DNA of 64,000 nucleotides from an uncultured Candidatus Saccharibacteria bacterium (GCA_964596395.1 CAZQSY010000006.1:153-64152); one strand, 5' to 3'. Positions 8,388 through 17,518 are shown, counted from the first letter of the stretch. Translations and numbers: made by a program. The notes: generated by a model from the letters alone, not told the origin.

Positions 8388-8828
8388 ATGGCTTTTAAAC
8401 CAGACACAATTCGGGTAAAAGCAATGTGCCTAATTATTGATGGGGAGAAAGTACTTTTGGGCGAGGGCTACGATAAAGTAAGAAAAAAACATTTCTATAG
8501 GGTTTTGGGCGGGGGTATGGAATTTGGGGAAACTGCCGAGCAGGCGGTGCGAAGGGAAATTAAGGAAGAATTAAATTCTGAAATTGAAAACTTAAAATTT
8601 CTGAAAGCCCTAGAGAATATATTTACCTATGAAGGCATGAACGGGCACGAAATAACTTTCATGTTTAAGGGAGAATTGAAAGACAAAAGCCTGCTCAGAG
8701 AAGATTCTATCTTTATTGACGAAGGCGATTATTCTTTTGACGCTAAATGGGTTCCGGTTTCCGATATTCTGGAGAAGAAAATAACTTTGTATCCAAGCTG
8801 TGATTATAAAAAATTACTGAACCTATAA
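8388..8828 (+). CDS. NUDIX hydrolase
   Basis: Nudix box GGGMEFGETAEQAVRREIKEELN. Confidence 0.8.
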   Translation: MAFKPDTIRVKAMCLIIDGEKVLLGEGYDKVRKKHFYRVLGGGMEFGETAEQAVRREIKEELNSEIENLKFLKALENIFTYEGMNGHEITFMFKGELKDKSLLREDSIFIDEGDYSFDAKWVPVSDILEKKITLYPSCDYKKLLNL

Positions 8829-8834
8829 AGCAAA

Positions 8835-9296
8835 ATGCCAAGCAAAAGAGTTTTCACGCTTTGTACTATAATTGACGGCTCGAAGATTTTGCTTGGCAGG
8901 AAGAAAAAAGGTTTGGGTAAAGGGAAATGGAACGGCTTTGGCGGGAAGGTGGAGAAGGGGGAAACAATTAGAGAAACAGCAGTAAGGGAAGTGAAAGAAG
9001 AATGCGGGCTTTTGGTAAAGAACTTGAAGAAGGCAGGAGTTTTGGATTTTAAATTTGAGAATATCCGCGAAATTTTTCAGGTGCATTTTTTTTGGACAAG
9101 TGATTTCTCGGGCAAGCTCAAAGAAAGCCAAGAAATGAAGCCGAAATGGTTTGATATAGAAGATGTTCCCTACGAGAAAATGTGGCCAACTGACAAACAT
9201 TGGCTGCCGGTTTTGCTCAAGGGCGGTAAATTCAGGGGTCGGTTTCTCTTCGACAAAAATGAGGTTATACTAAAAGATGAATTAATAGAAACTTAA
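8835..9296 (+). CDS. NUDIX hydrolase (MutT/MTH1-like)
   Basis: Nudix box GFGGKVEKGETIRETAVREVKEECGL; WNGFGGK resembles MTH1-type enzymes. Confidence 0.8.
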   Translation: MPSKRVFTLCTIIDGSKILLGRKKKGLGKGKWNGFGGKVEKGETIRETAVREVKEECGLLVKNLKKAGVLDFKFENIREIFQVHFFWTSDFSGKLKESQEMKPKWFDIEDVPYEKMWPTDKHWLPVLLKGGKFRGRFLFDKNEVILKDELIET

Positions 9297-9301
9297 AAAA
9301 T

Positions 9302-9736
9302 ATGCAAAACGAAAAGGAAAAAATGCAGATGTTGGTTGTTTTGGCTTTGATTCGCGACAGAAAAGGAAAAATATTTCTGCAGAAGCGGCATGATTCTTTA
9401 ATACCAAGCGCTCACAACAAATGGGAATTCCCTGGTGGAAAAGTCAATTACGGAGAACGTCCCGATAAAGCTGTTGTACGGGAATGTTACGAAGAAACTG
9501 GTTTTAAGATAAAAGCATTGAGATTGTTACCTTACATTGCATCGAATGTTTGGAACAGGAACGATGGTAAAGAACACCATGCCCTAGTGTTGTGCTATGA
9601 AGCTAGGTTAGTAAAAAAGATTCCGAGACACTTGCACAGAAAAGTTTCTGAGGCTAAATGGTTTCCTGAAAAGGAGATTAAAAAATTAAATACACTTGCG
9701 GGTACAAGCGAGTTTATTAAGCTGTTTAAATATTAA
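9302..9736 (+). CDS. NUDIX hydrolase
   Basis: Nudix box EFPGGKVNYGERPDKAVVRECYEETGF. Confidence 0.8.
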   Translation: MQNEKEKMQMLVVLALIRDRKGKIFLQKRHDSLIPSAHNKWEFPGGKVNYGERPDKAVVRECYEETGFKIKALRLLPYIASNVWNRNDGKEHHALVLCYEARLVKKIPRHLHRKVSEAKWFPEKEIKKLNTLAGTSEFIKLFKY

Positions 9737-9805
9737 ACCCCGGTTTGTGCTACAATATTCAACATATGATAACGGCCGGCTTCCGAAAGGCAAGGCCTTT
9801 CGGAA

Positions 9806-10189
9806 ATGCGGAAGGAAACAGTAAAAAATACAAGAAATGCCATGGAGAGTAATAAGACAAAAATAGAAGAAAGAGGAGGAATTATTAGAAAAATCCGTGC
9901 CGGATGGAGTTTACTTAATTTGGAAGGTCGGGGAGAGGTTATTAAAGTGTACTACACCCCGGAAGATGAAGTGTTTGAAGATGATGGCCTTTCGCGCCAA
10001 GTAAGAGAGGAAATGGCGCAGTTGCCTGATTCTGTGAGGGATACGATTGAAAATGAAGGTAAGAAAATTTTATCTGAAGTTACTCAAAAAAGTTTTAAAA
10101 AAATCATTAAAGAAGCATCCATTGACGACCTGGAAAGATTTTCTAGAATCATTTCCAAAGTACTTTTAGAAGAAAGGTTTCAAAATTAA
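9806..10189 (+). CDS. hypothetical protein (N-terminus carries a copy of the secA 3' 25-mer)
   Basis: 127-aa ORF; the true start may be ATG 9851 (MESNK...). Confidence 0.4.
   Translation: MRKETVKNTRNAMESNKTKIEERGGIIRKIRAGWSLLNLEGRGEVIKVYYTPEDEVFEDDGLSRQVREEMAQLPDSVRDTIENEGKKILSEVTQKSFKKIIKEASIDDLERFSRIISKVLLEERFQN
9821..9845 (+). repeat. 25-nt exact repeat, copy 2
   Basis: Identical to 7956-7980. Confidence 0.9.
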
Positions 10190-10276
10190 GATATATTTTA
10201 TCGGGAAGCAAAATAGGAGGACACGATTAAGTTTTTTTTATTTACTTTAAAAGTATAGGTAAAGGGTAACAATAGT

Positions 10277-11572
10277 ATGGTCAGAAGAATCAACTACAAA
10301 AACATCTACAGGCGAGCGGTGAATAACTGGACAGGTTTTCATTTTTTCCGCGACCCTTTCAAGAACCTGAAAATAATCGGGGTGACGGGAACTAGCGGAA
10401 AGACGACCACGGCGACCCTGTTGTACAGAATTGCCACGGCGCTTGGCCACAAATCGGGGCTTTTGGGTACGGTAAAAAATGTTATCGGTCCGGAGAGCAA
10501 CGAAATTCCCCAGAAGGGTCCGCACGGCACGCCGGACCTTGCCGATTTGAACAGATATTTTTCTGAAATGGTAAAGCAGGGGTGCGAATACGCTTTCATG
10601 GAAGTCACTTCTATGGCTTCAGACCAGGATAGATACGCTGGCATAAATTTTACCGGCGGTATTTTCACCAATCTCACCCAGGACCACCTTGATTATCATG
10701 AGACCATGGAAAAATATTTTCTGGCCAAGAAAAAATTCTTCAGCCGGCTTTCCAAAAATGCTTTTGCTCTTTCAAATTCGGATGACGCCCGCGGCATATC
10801 GATGATAGAGGGCATCAAAGCGAAAAAATACCTGTACGGTTTCGGCGACATAAAGCTGGAGTTGCCGAACGGCAAGCGTACGCCGGATTGGCGCGACTTT
10901 CACGGGAAAATTTTGAAGTCGGATTTTTCAGGTCTGGAACTTGAACTCGGCGGAGAAAAAGTAAAATCAAAGTTGCTCGGCACATTCAACGCTTACAATC
11001 TGCTTGCCGTCTGGAGCGCCTGCAAACTGCTCGGTTTTGACATGGAAAAGGTTAAAAAAATCATCGAAGGCGTTGAGCCGCCCAAAGGCAGGTTTGACCA
11101 CTTTATGTCGCCCGCCGGGGTAATGATAGTAATTGATTATGCGCACAAACCCGACGCGCTTAAAAACGTCCTCCTCACTGCTAGAGAGATAAACCAAGGA
11201 AACGGAAGAATCATTTCCGTGTTTGGCTGCGGAGGTAACCGGGACAAAACCAAGCGGCCAAAGATGGGCAAAATAGGAGCGGAACTTTCCGACATCGCTA
11301 TTTTTACCTCGGATAACCCGCGCGACGAAAACCCCGACGAAATAATCGAACAAATGAAGGGTGACTTGTCCCACGACGAAATAAAAAAAGTTATTACCAT
11401 AGCTGACCGTCGTTTAGCCATACAACAGGCCGTAGAAATGGCCAAGAAGGGTGATGTGATTCTTTGCGCCGGCAAGGGACACGAAGACACTCAAGAAGTC
11501 AAGGGTATAGAAACCCATTTCAGCGACAGGGAAGAATTCCAAAAAACATTTTCACAAACTAAGATTATCTAG
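10277..11572 (+). CDS. murE: UDP-N-acetylmuramoyl-tripeptide synthetase (Mur ligase, MurE-like)
   Basis: P-loop GVTGTSGKTTT, TPD motif, TNLTQDHLDYH, DYAHKPDAL, GNRD C-domain. Confidence 0.8.
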   Translation: MVRRINYKNIYRRAVNNWTGFHFFRDPFKNLKIIGVTGTSGKTTTATLLYRIATALGHKSGLLGTVKNVIGPESNEIPQKGPHGTPDLADLNRYFSEMVKQGCEYAFMEVTSMASDQDRYAGINFTGGIFTNLTQDHLDYHETMEKYFLAKKKFFSRLSKNAFALSNSDDARGISMIEGIKAKKYLYGFGDIKLELPNGKRTPDWRDFHGKILKSDFSGLELELGGEKVKSKLLGTFNAYNLLAVWSACKLLGFDMEKVKKIIEGVEPPKGRFDHFMSPAGVMIVIDYAHKPDALKNVLLTAREINQGNGRIISVFGCGGNRDKTKRPKMGKIGAELSDIAIFTSDNPRDENPDEIIEQMKGDLSHDEIKKVITIADRRLAIQQAVEMAKKGDVILCAGKGHEDTQEVKGIETHFSDREEFQKTFSQTKII

Positions 11573-12983
11573 GAAACTTTTTTTCCGCCCAGACGGGTAT
11601 TTCTTCCATCAGTCCGCCGATTCTTCCCGAAGACATCAAGATTATCAAATCGTCCGGTCTGACGATGGCGGACAATTTTTTCATTGTTTCTCTTTTGTTC
11701 TTCGCGCCGTAAACATTTTTCTTGAATTTTTTGACCCGCTTCAGGATTTCTTCGAGCCCAACCTGGTCGTGGGTGCTTTTGCCGTGTTCCGGCGGAGAAA
11801 ATACTATGGTTTCGTCGCTATCTTTGAATATATCGTCATACCAGAAAATAGCGTTCCTGTTTCTCCAACTGAAAGTGTGCGGTTCAAATACAGTCACTAC
11901 CCGTTTGTTCGGAAAGTGTAGTTTTATCGCTTCAAAGTCCGTCCTAGCTTTGGCGTACGAAGAACCAAAGCTTTCGTAGACGAGGACGGAAGATTTTTTG
12001 GTTTTTAAATCCAGCCGGCCCGATAACCCTTTGAAACTCTCTACCGATTTTTGCAATTCTCTCGCTGAAATTATTTTTTTCTCTAGCAGGAAGGCGCTAA
12101 TCCCGGTGATGTTCTCAATATTATGTTTACCCAGCAAAGTCGTTTTGAGCCCGATTACTTTCTTTTTGTTTTTGAATAAATCGAAAGAGGTTATCTTGCC
12201 GTAAATTATGTTTTCTGGATGCCAGCCGGATTTTTCGCCGAGCCCGTATTTTATTATCTTGCTTTTTGCGTGTTTGATGACTTTGTCTACGTTCTTTCCG
12301 CTACGCGAGGCCACGATAATGCCGTTCTTCGGCAGTATGGAAACCAAGTCTTTGTACGGTTTGATATATTCTTCTTCAGTCGGAAAAACATTCACATGGT
12401 CGTGTTCGGCCGAAATTAAAATCAAGTTTTTCGGATGCAGATGCAAAAATTTAGACCTGTTGTCCCAATTCGACGAAGGGTATTCGTCGCCTTCCATGAC
12501 GAAATATTTTCCTTTGCCTATTTTGCCGCTGGTTTTCAAGCCGAAAGGTATCGCGCCGATAAAATAAGACGGCTTCTTGCCGTTTTTCTCGAGGCACCAA
12601 GCCAGCAGGGAAGTCACCGTGGATTTGCCGAAGCTTCCGGCTACGACAATATTTTCGGTATTTTCAGCCAGCTGTCCCAGTGTTTCCGGCAACGATTGTA
12701 TTTTGATTCCGGTTTTGAAAGCCTGAGCCACCTCTTTGTTGTCTTCCGGCGTCAAATCCGCAGCTTTACTGATTACGATTAAATCTGCGTCTTTGGGGAT
12801 ATTGGCGGGGGAATACCCGATAGCAAAATTTTTAACGCCGTTTTTTCTTAGGAAGTTTATGAACGGGTTATGCGCCAAGTGGCAGGAACCGCTTACGGCA
12901 AATCCCTTTTGTTTAAGCATCAAAGCCAGGGCAGACATGCCTCTGCCAGCGATTCCTATCAAATGGACTTTCTTTTCGCGCAT
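11565..12983 (-). CDS. Mur ligase of the MurC/Mpl family (Mpl-like)
   Basis: N-terminal HLIGIAGRGMSALA, P-loop GSFGKST, and EGDEYPSSNWDNRSKFLHLHPKNLILISAEHDH resembling the Mpl motif EADEYDCAFFDKRSKF...LEFDH; start trimmed to MREKKVH (ATG at 12983). Confidence 0.7.
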   Translation of the reverse strand: MREKKVHLIGIAGRGMSALALMLKQKGFAVSGSCHLAHNPFINFLRKNGVKNFAIGYSPANIPKDADLIVISKAADLTPEDNKEVAQAFKTGIKIQSLPETLGQLAENTENIVVAGSFGKSTVTSLLAWCLEKNGKKPSYFIGAIPFGLKTSGKIGKGKYFVMEGDEYPSSNWDNRSKFLHLHPKNLILISAEHDHVNVFPTEEEYIKPYKDLVSILPKNGIIVASRSGKNVDKVIKHAKSKIIKYGLGEKSGWHPENIIYGKITSFDLFKNKKKVIGLKTTLLGKHNIENITGISAFLLEKKIISARELQKSVESFKGLSGRLDLKTKKSSVLVYESFGSSYAKARTDFEAIKLHFPNKRVVTVFEPHTFSWRNRNAIFWYDDIFKDSDETIVFSPPEHGKSTHDQVGLEEILKRVKKFKKNVYGAKNKRETMKKLSAIVRPDDLIILMSSGRIGGLMEEIPVWAEKKFPR

Positions 12984-12988
12984 GGGGT

Positions 12989-14221
12989 TTATTTTACCAT
13001 GTTGGCCGAGTAATTTTGTTTGAGTATCGTGTCTCTTATCGCCAGAATAGTTTCCCCGAAGAGCGTGTGTTCGTTCGCTTCCAGATTTGAATCTGCGCGC
13101 AAGTCGAGAGGCCGGAGTGAACTGTTTTTCGGGAAAGCTCCGGTTGTTGTCAGGTTTTCCGTCGGCGCTTCTAAAATGGCGCGCCCGTGCAGGCACGGAA
13201 TTTCCGAGAAATTTTTCTTATACACGGGCAGGTATTCCGTCTGTGCGAAGGAACCGAAACATTTAAAGCGATTTAAAAATGTCAGCGCCAGAAATCCCAG
13301 CGGCAATCCCGGACAAAGCCGGTTATTTCGCATTTCCTCCTCCAAAATTTCCGGTTCAAGTTTTATTTCCCTCTCCGAGCTTTTCAGGCACTTGTTTTTG
13401 AGATAAAAGGCCTCCATGCGGCCGTACTTTCCTTTTTTTGCGCTGCCGTAAAAGAAAACTTCTTTGCCAAAAAATTCGACTGTTTTTTTATTGTCTTTTT
13501 CCGCGAATAAAATCTTATAAACGGGATGGCTGGCGTCTTTTACGGCAGACAGCAGGTAATTTGTCACAACCTCATTGAAGTCAAAAAAAACGGGTTTTCC
13601 GCGCAGGTACTTTTCATTAATCATCAGGGATGACTGAACCGCCCATTTTGTGTAGGACTCGCCGATTTTCGCGTCGGGTAAAAGTTTTTTTACTTTCGGC
13701 GGGGCGGTTTTCAGGGTATCAATCATTTTCTCGGGGATGACGCTCCTGTACACAAGTTCATCCTGCATTACGGCCGGTACCAAATTTATTTCTGTGTCAT
13801 GAAAGCATATTCGGCCCGGGCGGGTTTTGTTTGAGAAGGGAACACCCGAGAACATGGCAACTGGGTAGTATTCTTCCTTTTTTAGGGCAAGCGCTCCCAG
13901 CCAAGTAAAAAAGAAATGGCGCGGAACATTCACAGGGGAAAGAATATGCGGTCCGGTCTGCAGAATTCTTCTTTTTTCCAGAGAGGAAAGTATTTTTTCG
14001 CGCGAAGTGGTGTCAAAATCAAGTCGAGCAAGCTCTTCATCAAAGGCATCTTTAAGTTCCGGCTCCATCGGCCGGTCGGGGGAGTAAGTATTTAGCTCTT
14101 TTGAGTATTCCAGGCAGGTTTTGTCCCAATTTTCTTCGATTTGCCGGGCGAGGTTGATTTTTCCGTCACTTTTCAGCTTTTCTGTCAGGCCGAGAACCTC
14201 TTTTTGCAGGGAATCGCGCAT
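12989..14221 (-). CDS. hypothetical protein (410 aa), immediately upstream of and co-oriented with the Mpl-like ligase
   Basis: Long ORF, 5-nt gap to the downstream ligase; no recognisable motif. Confidence 0.55.
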   Translation of the reverse strand: MRDSLQKEVLGLTEKLKSDGKINLARQIEENWDKTCLEYSKELNTYSPDRPMEPELKDAFDEELARLDFDTTSREKILSSLEKRRILQTGPHILSPVNVPRHFFFTWLGALALKKEEYYPVAMFSGVPFSNKTRPGRICFHDTEINLVPAVMQDELVYRSVIPEKMIDTLKTAPPKVKKLLPDAKIGESYTKWAVQSSLMINEKYLRGKPVFFDFNEVVTNYLLSAVKDASHPVYKILFAEKDNKKTVEFFGKEVFFYGSAKKGKYGRMEAFYLKNKCLKSSEREIKLEPEILEEEMRNNRLCPGLPLGFLALTFLNRFKCFGSFAQTEYLPVYKKNFSEIPCLHGRAILEAPTENLTTTGAFPKNSSLRPLDLRADSNLEANEHTLFGETILAIRDTILKQNYSANMVK

Positions 14222-14325
14222 CCCCTGATACTAAACGTTTTCCACATGTTTTGCAATATGGCCCAAAAACCTTTATTTTACAAGGATTTTTGACCTTGAC
14301 ACAATGGAAATTTGTTGTTTAACTA

Positions 14326-14354
14326 TTGACTTTTTCTCGCAAGTATGCTATCAT
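14326..14354 (+). promoter_or_regulatory. sigma-70-like promoter TTGACT-17-TATCAT
   Basis: Canonical spacing; gives a ~140-nt leader for the gene at 14503. Confidence 0.45.
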
Positions 14355-14447
14355 ATCAATATAACCTTTATTAGAGGACTTAGGTCTTTTAATAGAGGTT
14401 TTTAGTTTCCTGCGGTAACTAATCCCAGAAAAATAGATGAGTTGGCA

Positions 14448-14485
14448 CCCGCCCGCCTCGCACACGCGAAGCGTTGCGGGCGGGG
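14448..14485 (+). promoter_or_regulatory. GC-rich stem-loop 17 nt upstream of a start codon
   Basis: CCCGCCCGC-(20 nt)-GCGGGCGGG. Confidence 0.5.
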
Positions 14486-14502
14486 AGCAATAACCGCTCA
14501 AT

Positions 14503-15165
14503 ATGAAAAATAACAATATAATACGGTTCGCCCAGTCCCTTTTTCTCTTGCCGTTTGTTACAGGGACAGTATCGCTTGGCGGTATTGAGATATTAAACAG
14601 TAATGCCACCAGCGAGGCCATCAAAGCCGTATTTGAGGAAAAACAAAATATGATAGGGGTTTCCGGGACAATCGTTTTTAACCAGGCGATGGACCAAAAG
14701 AAACTCGATTTAGATGCCCGTCTTGATTTAGCGAGACAGGCCAAAGCTCGGGCGATTGACGATTATTTCAAGGAATACGACATGCCCCTTCACGGCATGG
14801 GAGAGAAAATGGTTTTAGAGGCCGAGAAGAACGGCATCGATTGGCGGCTTCTGCCCGCGATTGCCGTGATTGAATCGACCGGAGGCAAGTTCGCCTGCAA
14901 GGGTGCCACGCACAGCTTCTTCGGTTGGGGTTCCTGCAAGATTAACTTCAAATCAAAAGAACAGGCCATCGAGATTGTGGCCATGAATTTGGGCGGCAAC
15001 AACCCGAATACCGACCATCATTATGCCGGCAAGACCGTCAAAGAAATTCTTGAGGCCTACAATCCTCCTTCTATTGTTCCGAATTACGCCAAAAAAGTTA
15101 TGAAGGTGATGAGCGTCATTGGTCCCGAGGAAATAGATACGGCTATAACTTTGGCTAAATCATAA
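14503..15165 (+). CDS. secreted lysozyme-like/peptidoglycan-hydrolase-like protein
   Basis: Signal peptide; GIDWRLLPAIAVIESTGGK...HSFFGWG resembles glucosaminidase/transglycosylase catalytic segments. Confidence 0.4.
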   Translation: MKNNNIIRFAQSLFLLPFVTGTVSLGGIEILNSNATSEAIKAVFEEKQNMIGVSGTIVFNQAMDQKKLDLDARLDLARQAKARAIDDYFKEYDMPLHGMGEKMVLEAEKNGIDWRLLPAIAVIESTGGKFACKGATHSFFGWGSCKINFKSKEQAIEIVAMNLGGNNPNTDHHYAGKTVKEILEAYNPPSIVPNYAKKVMKVMSVIGPEEIDTAITLAKS

Positions 15166-15170
15166 AAATA

Positions 15171-15304
15171 AAAAAGGCCAGAAAAAAGTTTTTAAGGGGT
15201 TTGGCGAGCCCTGCCTGCCGGCAGGCAGGGACGGCGAGCCAATTTCAGGAATTTTTAAGCTTCAAAAATTCCGTACCGACAAAAACTTTGTTTCTGGCCT
15301 TTTT
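15171..15304. repeat. 134-bp element of nested palindromes with ~24-bp terminal inverted repeats (MITE-like / bidirectional terminator) between convergent genes
   Basis: AAAAAGGCCAGAAAAAAGTTTTT ... AAAAACTTTGTTTCTGGCCTTTTT; inner perfect palindromes CTGCCTGCCGGCAGGCAG and GGAATTTTTaagcttcAAAAATTCC; flanking GGCGAGCC direct repeat. Confidence 0.5.
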
Positions 15305-16414
15305 CTACTCCAGATGCACCAGAGTCATTTTGTGCTCTTTTGGCTCAAAGAGCGTGATTTGGAAGTTGTAGTTTTTTCCGAGTTCCAGTTTTTCACGCAG
15401 TTTGACTTCTCCGCCTAAAGTAGAATTGTGCACTAGGCCGGCCACGCCTTCTTTGATCGAGACCAGCGCGCCATGCTTGTTGTATTTAATCACCACGCCC
15501 TGCACTATGTCGCCTTTCTTTAGTTTTCCTTCGAACTCTGTCCAGGGGTTTTCTTTGAGCTGTTTGATTGATAGCGATACTTTGCCTTCTTTTATTTCAA
15601 TCACCTTGGCGCGAACCTTTTCTCCGATTTTAAAGAGCGCCCGTGGGTCTTCCACCAGTCCCCAGTCAAGTTCCGAGATGTGCACCAGCCCTTCCAGGCC
15701 CTCTTCGAGTTTTAAGAACACGCCGAAATCCACAATGCCGGCCACCGTGCACTCCAGCTCGTCGCCGATTGAATATTTCGAGAGAATTTCTTTTTTCTCC
15801 TCGGGGTTATTTTCCTTTTCCGAGAAAATCAGCTTGCCTTCCTTGGGGAGCGTCGAGATTATCATCACCGACAATTTTTCGCCGACCAATTTTTTCAATT
15901 CTTTCAGGATTTTGTCCTTATCCGAATCGAGCACGCGGGGGTAATGTTCAGCTTTGAGCTGAGAAGCCGGGAGAAATCCCGAGAGTCCCTGCCATTCCAG
16001 AATCAGCCCGCCCTTGTTCGCGTCTTTTACCTCCAATAGAAAGGCGATTTTTTCCTTGATTGCTTTTTCCGCTTCGCTCCAAGTGAGCGCCTGCTTGGCT
16101 TCTTTAAGCGAAAGCTCCACATATCCGTCCTCATTTTCCGCCTCAACCACCTTTGCCTTGATAATGTCGCCTAGGTTTATTTTCTTGATGATGTCCTTGG
16201 CGTTGATGAATTCCCGTCCGTAGATGATGCCCGTGCCGAAAGGCGCGAGGTCCACGAAGACCGAAGATTTCTCCACCAGAATCACTTTTCCTTCCACCAG
16301 CGAATCAACCATCGGCTTCGCGATGCTTCTGTCCACGACGGATTTTAGAACCGGGTTCTCGTTTACGTCTTTTTGGGCTCCTCCGCGGGTTACATGTGTT
16401 TTTTCCTTTAACAT
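15305..16414 (-). CDS. rpsA: 30S ribosomal protein S1 (short, ~4 S1 domains)
   Basis: Repeated S1-domain motifs (GDIVQGVVIKYNKHGALVSI, GDELECTVAGIVDFGVFLKL). Confidence 0.85.
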   Translation of the reverse strand: MLKEKTHVTRGGAQKDVNENPVLKSVVDRSIAKPMVDSLVEGKVILVEKSSVFVDLAPFGTGIIYGREFINAKDIIKKINLGDIIKAKVVEAENEDGYVELSLKEAKQALTWSEAEKAIKEKIAFLLEVKDANKGGLILEWQGLSGFLPASQLKAEHYPRVLDSDKDKILKELKKLVGEKLSVMIISTLPKEGKLIFSEKENNPEEKKEILSKYSIGDELECTVAGIVDFGVFLKLEEGLEGLVHISELDWGLVEDPRALFKIGEKVRAKVIEIKEGKVSLSIKQLKENPWTEFEGKLKKGDIVQGVVIKYNKHGALVSIKEGVAGLVHNSTLGGEVKLREKLELGKNYNFQITLFEPKEHKMTLVHLE

Positions 16415-16619
16415 AAAATTTATCTAAAAATCTGCTTCAAAATAAAATATCCGCTCTGAAGCGGACATAAGGTCTTAGGTTTCCGTCCTTCTGTCAAAGA
16501 CCGTCTTTGACATCAAAACAGAGGTTACCCTAAATCCGTGCTTTTAAATATTACAGGACACTCTACCTCAATTTTTCCCAAAAAGCAACTGCTTTTCGGT
16601 TTCATTTTTTCCTTATATT

Positions 16620-16628
16620 TGTTATACT
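16620..16628 (+). promoter_or_regulatory. extended -10 (TGtTATACT) placed for a leaderless transcript
   Basis: -10 ends 7 nt before the ATG at 16636. Confidence 0.35.
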
Positions 16629-16635
16629 GTTACCA

Positions 16636-17280
16636 ATGATAATCACATACTTCGGTGAAGAGTTTTTTAAGGTAACGCAGGGGGACCTGGTGCTTGCTTT
16701 TAACCCCGTTTCCAAAAACTCCGGCTCTCAAGCGGCGGCCCATTTCGGCGCCGATATTGCTTTCGTTACAACCCGCCATCCGCTTTTTGCGGGGGTGGAG
16801 CAACTTTCGCACGGCGAACGAGAGCCGTTCGTGATTGACGGCCCGGGGGACTACGAAGTGAAGCAAATTTTCGTAAAAGGCGTGATGTCCGAGGCATTCA
16901 TCGGTGGCAAAAAATATATAAACACTATTTACTCTTTTGAACTTGAAAATATAAATGTTACCTTTTTGGGCGCGCTGGCGAATGGGGAAATTTCTAAAGA
17001 GGCGCGCGAGGCGCTAGACGGGCCCGATATTCTTTTTGTGCCGATTGGGGGAACGGGGGTGCACAAAGGGGTGAATCTCTTGGATGCGAAAGAGGCCGCC
17101 AAGCTCGCGCTTTCGTTCGAGGCGAAATTGGTGATTCCAATGAGCTACGACGAGAAATCGCTGCAGGTTTTTTTGAAGGAAATGGGCGAAGAAAAAGCGC
17201 CGGTTTTAGACAAGCTCACGCTTAAGGCGAAAGAATTGGAAGGAAAGGAAGGTGAAGTGGTAGTATTAAAACCAGTTTAA
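16636..17280 (+). CDS. metallo-beta-lactamase-fold hydrolase
   Basis: MBL-fold-like segments (FLGALANGE, DILFVPIGGTGV). Confidence 0.55.
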   Translation: MIITYFGEEFFKVTQGDLVLAFNPVSKNSGSQAAAHFGADIAFVTTRHPLFAGVEQLSHGEREPFVIDGPGDYEVKQIFVKGVMSEAFIGGKKYINTIYSFELENINVTFLGALANGEISKEAREALDGPDILFVPIGGTGVHKGVNLLDAKEAAKLALSFEAKLVIPMSYDEKSLQVFLKEMGEEKAPVLDKLTLKAKELEGKEGEVVVLKPV

Positions 17281-17293
17281 TAAAAATCATAAG

Positions 17294-17515
17294 ATGAAAA
17301 AAGTAATTCATCATTTAAGGAAACAGCCGGAAGAAGTCAGGAGACATGTTTTGCATCTCTCTATGATTGTTATCACCGCGATTATGTTCGGGTTGTGGAT
17401 TTTGAGTTTAGGTAAAAGCTTGGGCAACGCGGAAACGGCCGACAAAATAAAAGAAGACCTGAAACCCTTTTCCGAATTGAAAGAAGATTTGGTTGAAAGA
17501 TACAATCAGCAATAA
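17294..17515 (+). CDS. small membrane protein, hypothetical
   Basis: 73 aa with one TM helix; tightly packed between neighbours. Confidence 0.45.
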   Translation: MKKVIHHLRKQPEEVRRHVLHLSMIVITAIMFGLWILSLGKSLGNAETADKIKEDLKPFSELKEDLVERYNQQ

Positions 17516-17518
17516 TTT

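Noticed and set aside
10220-10240. GGAGG motif upstream of murE as a Shine-Dalgarno
   Set aside because: It lies about 50 nt upstream of the start codon, far outside SD spacing; all other genes lack SD-like sequences.
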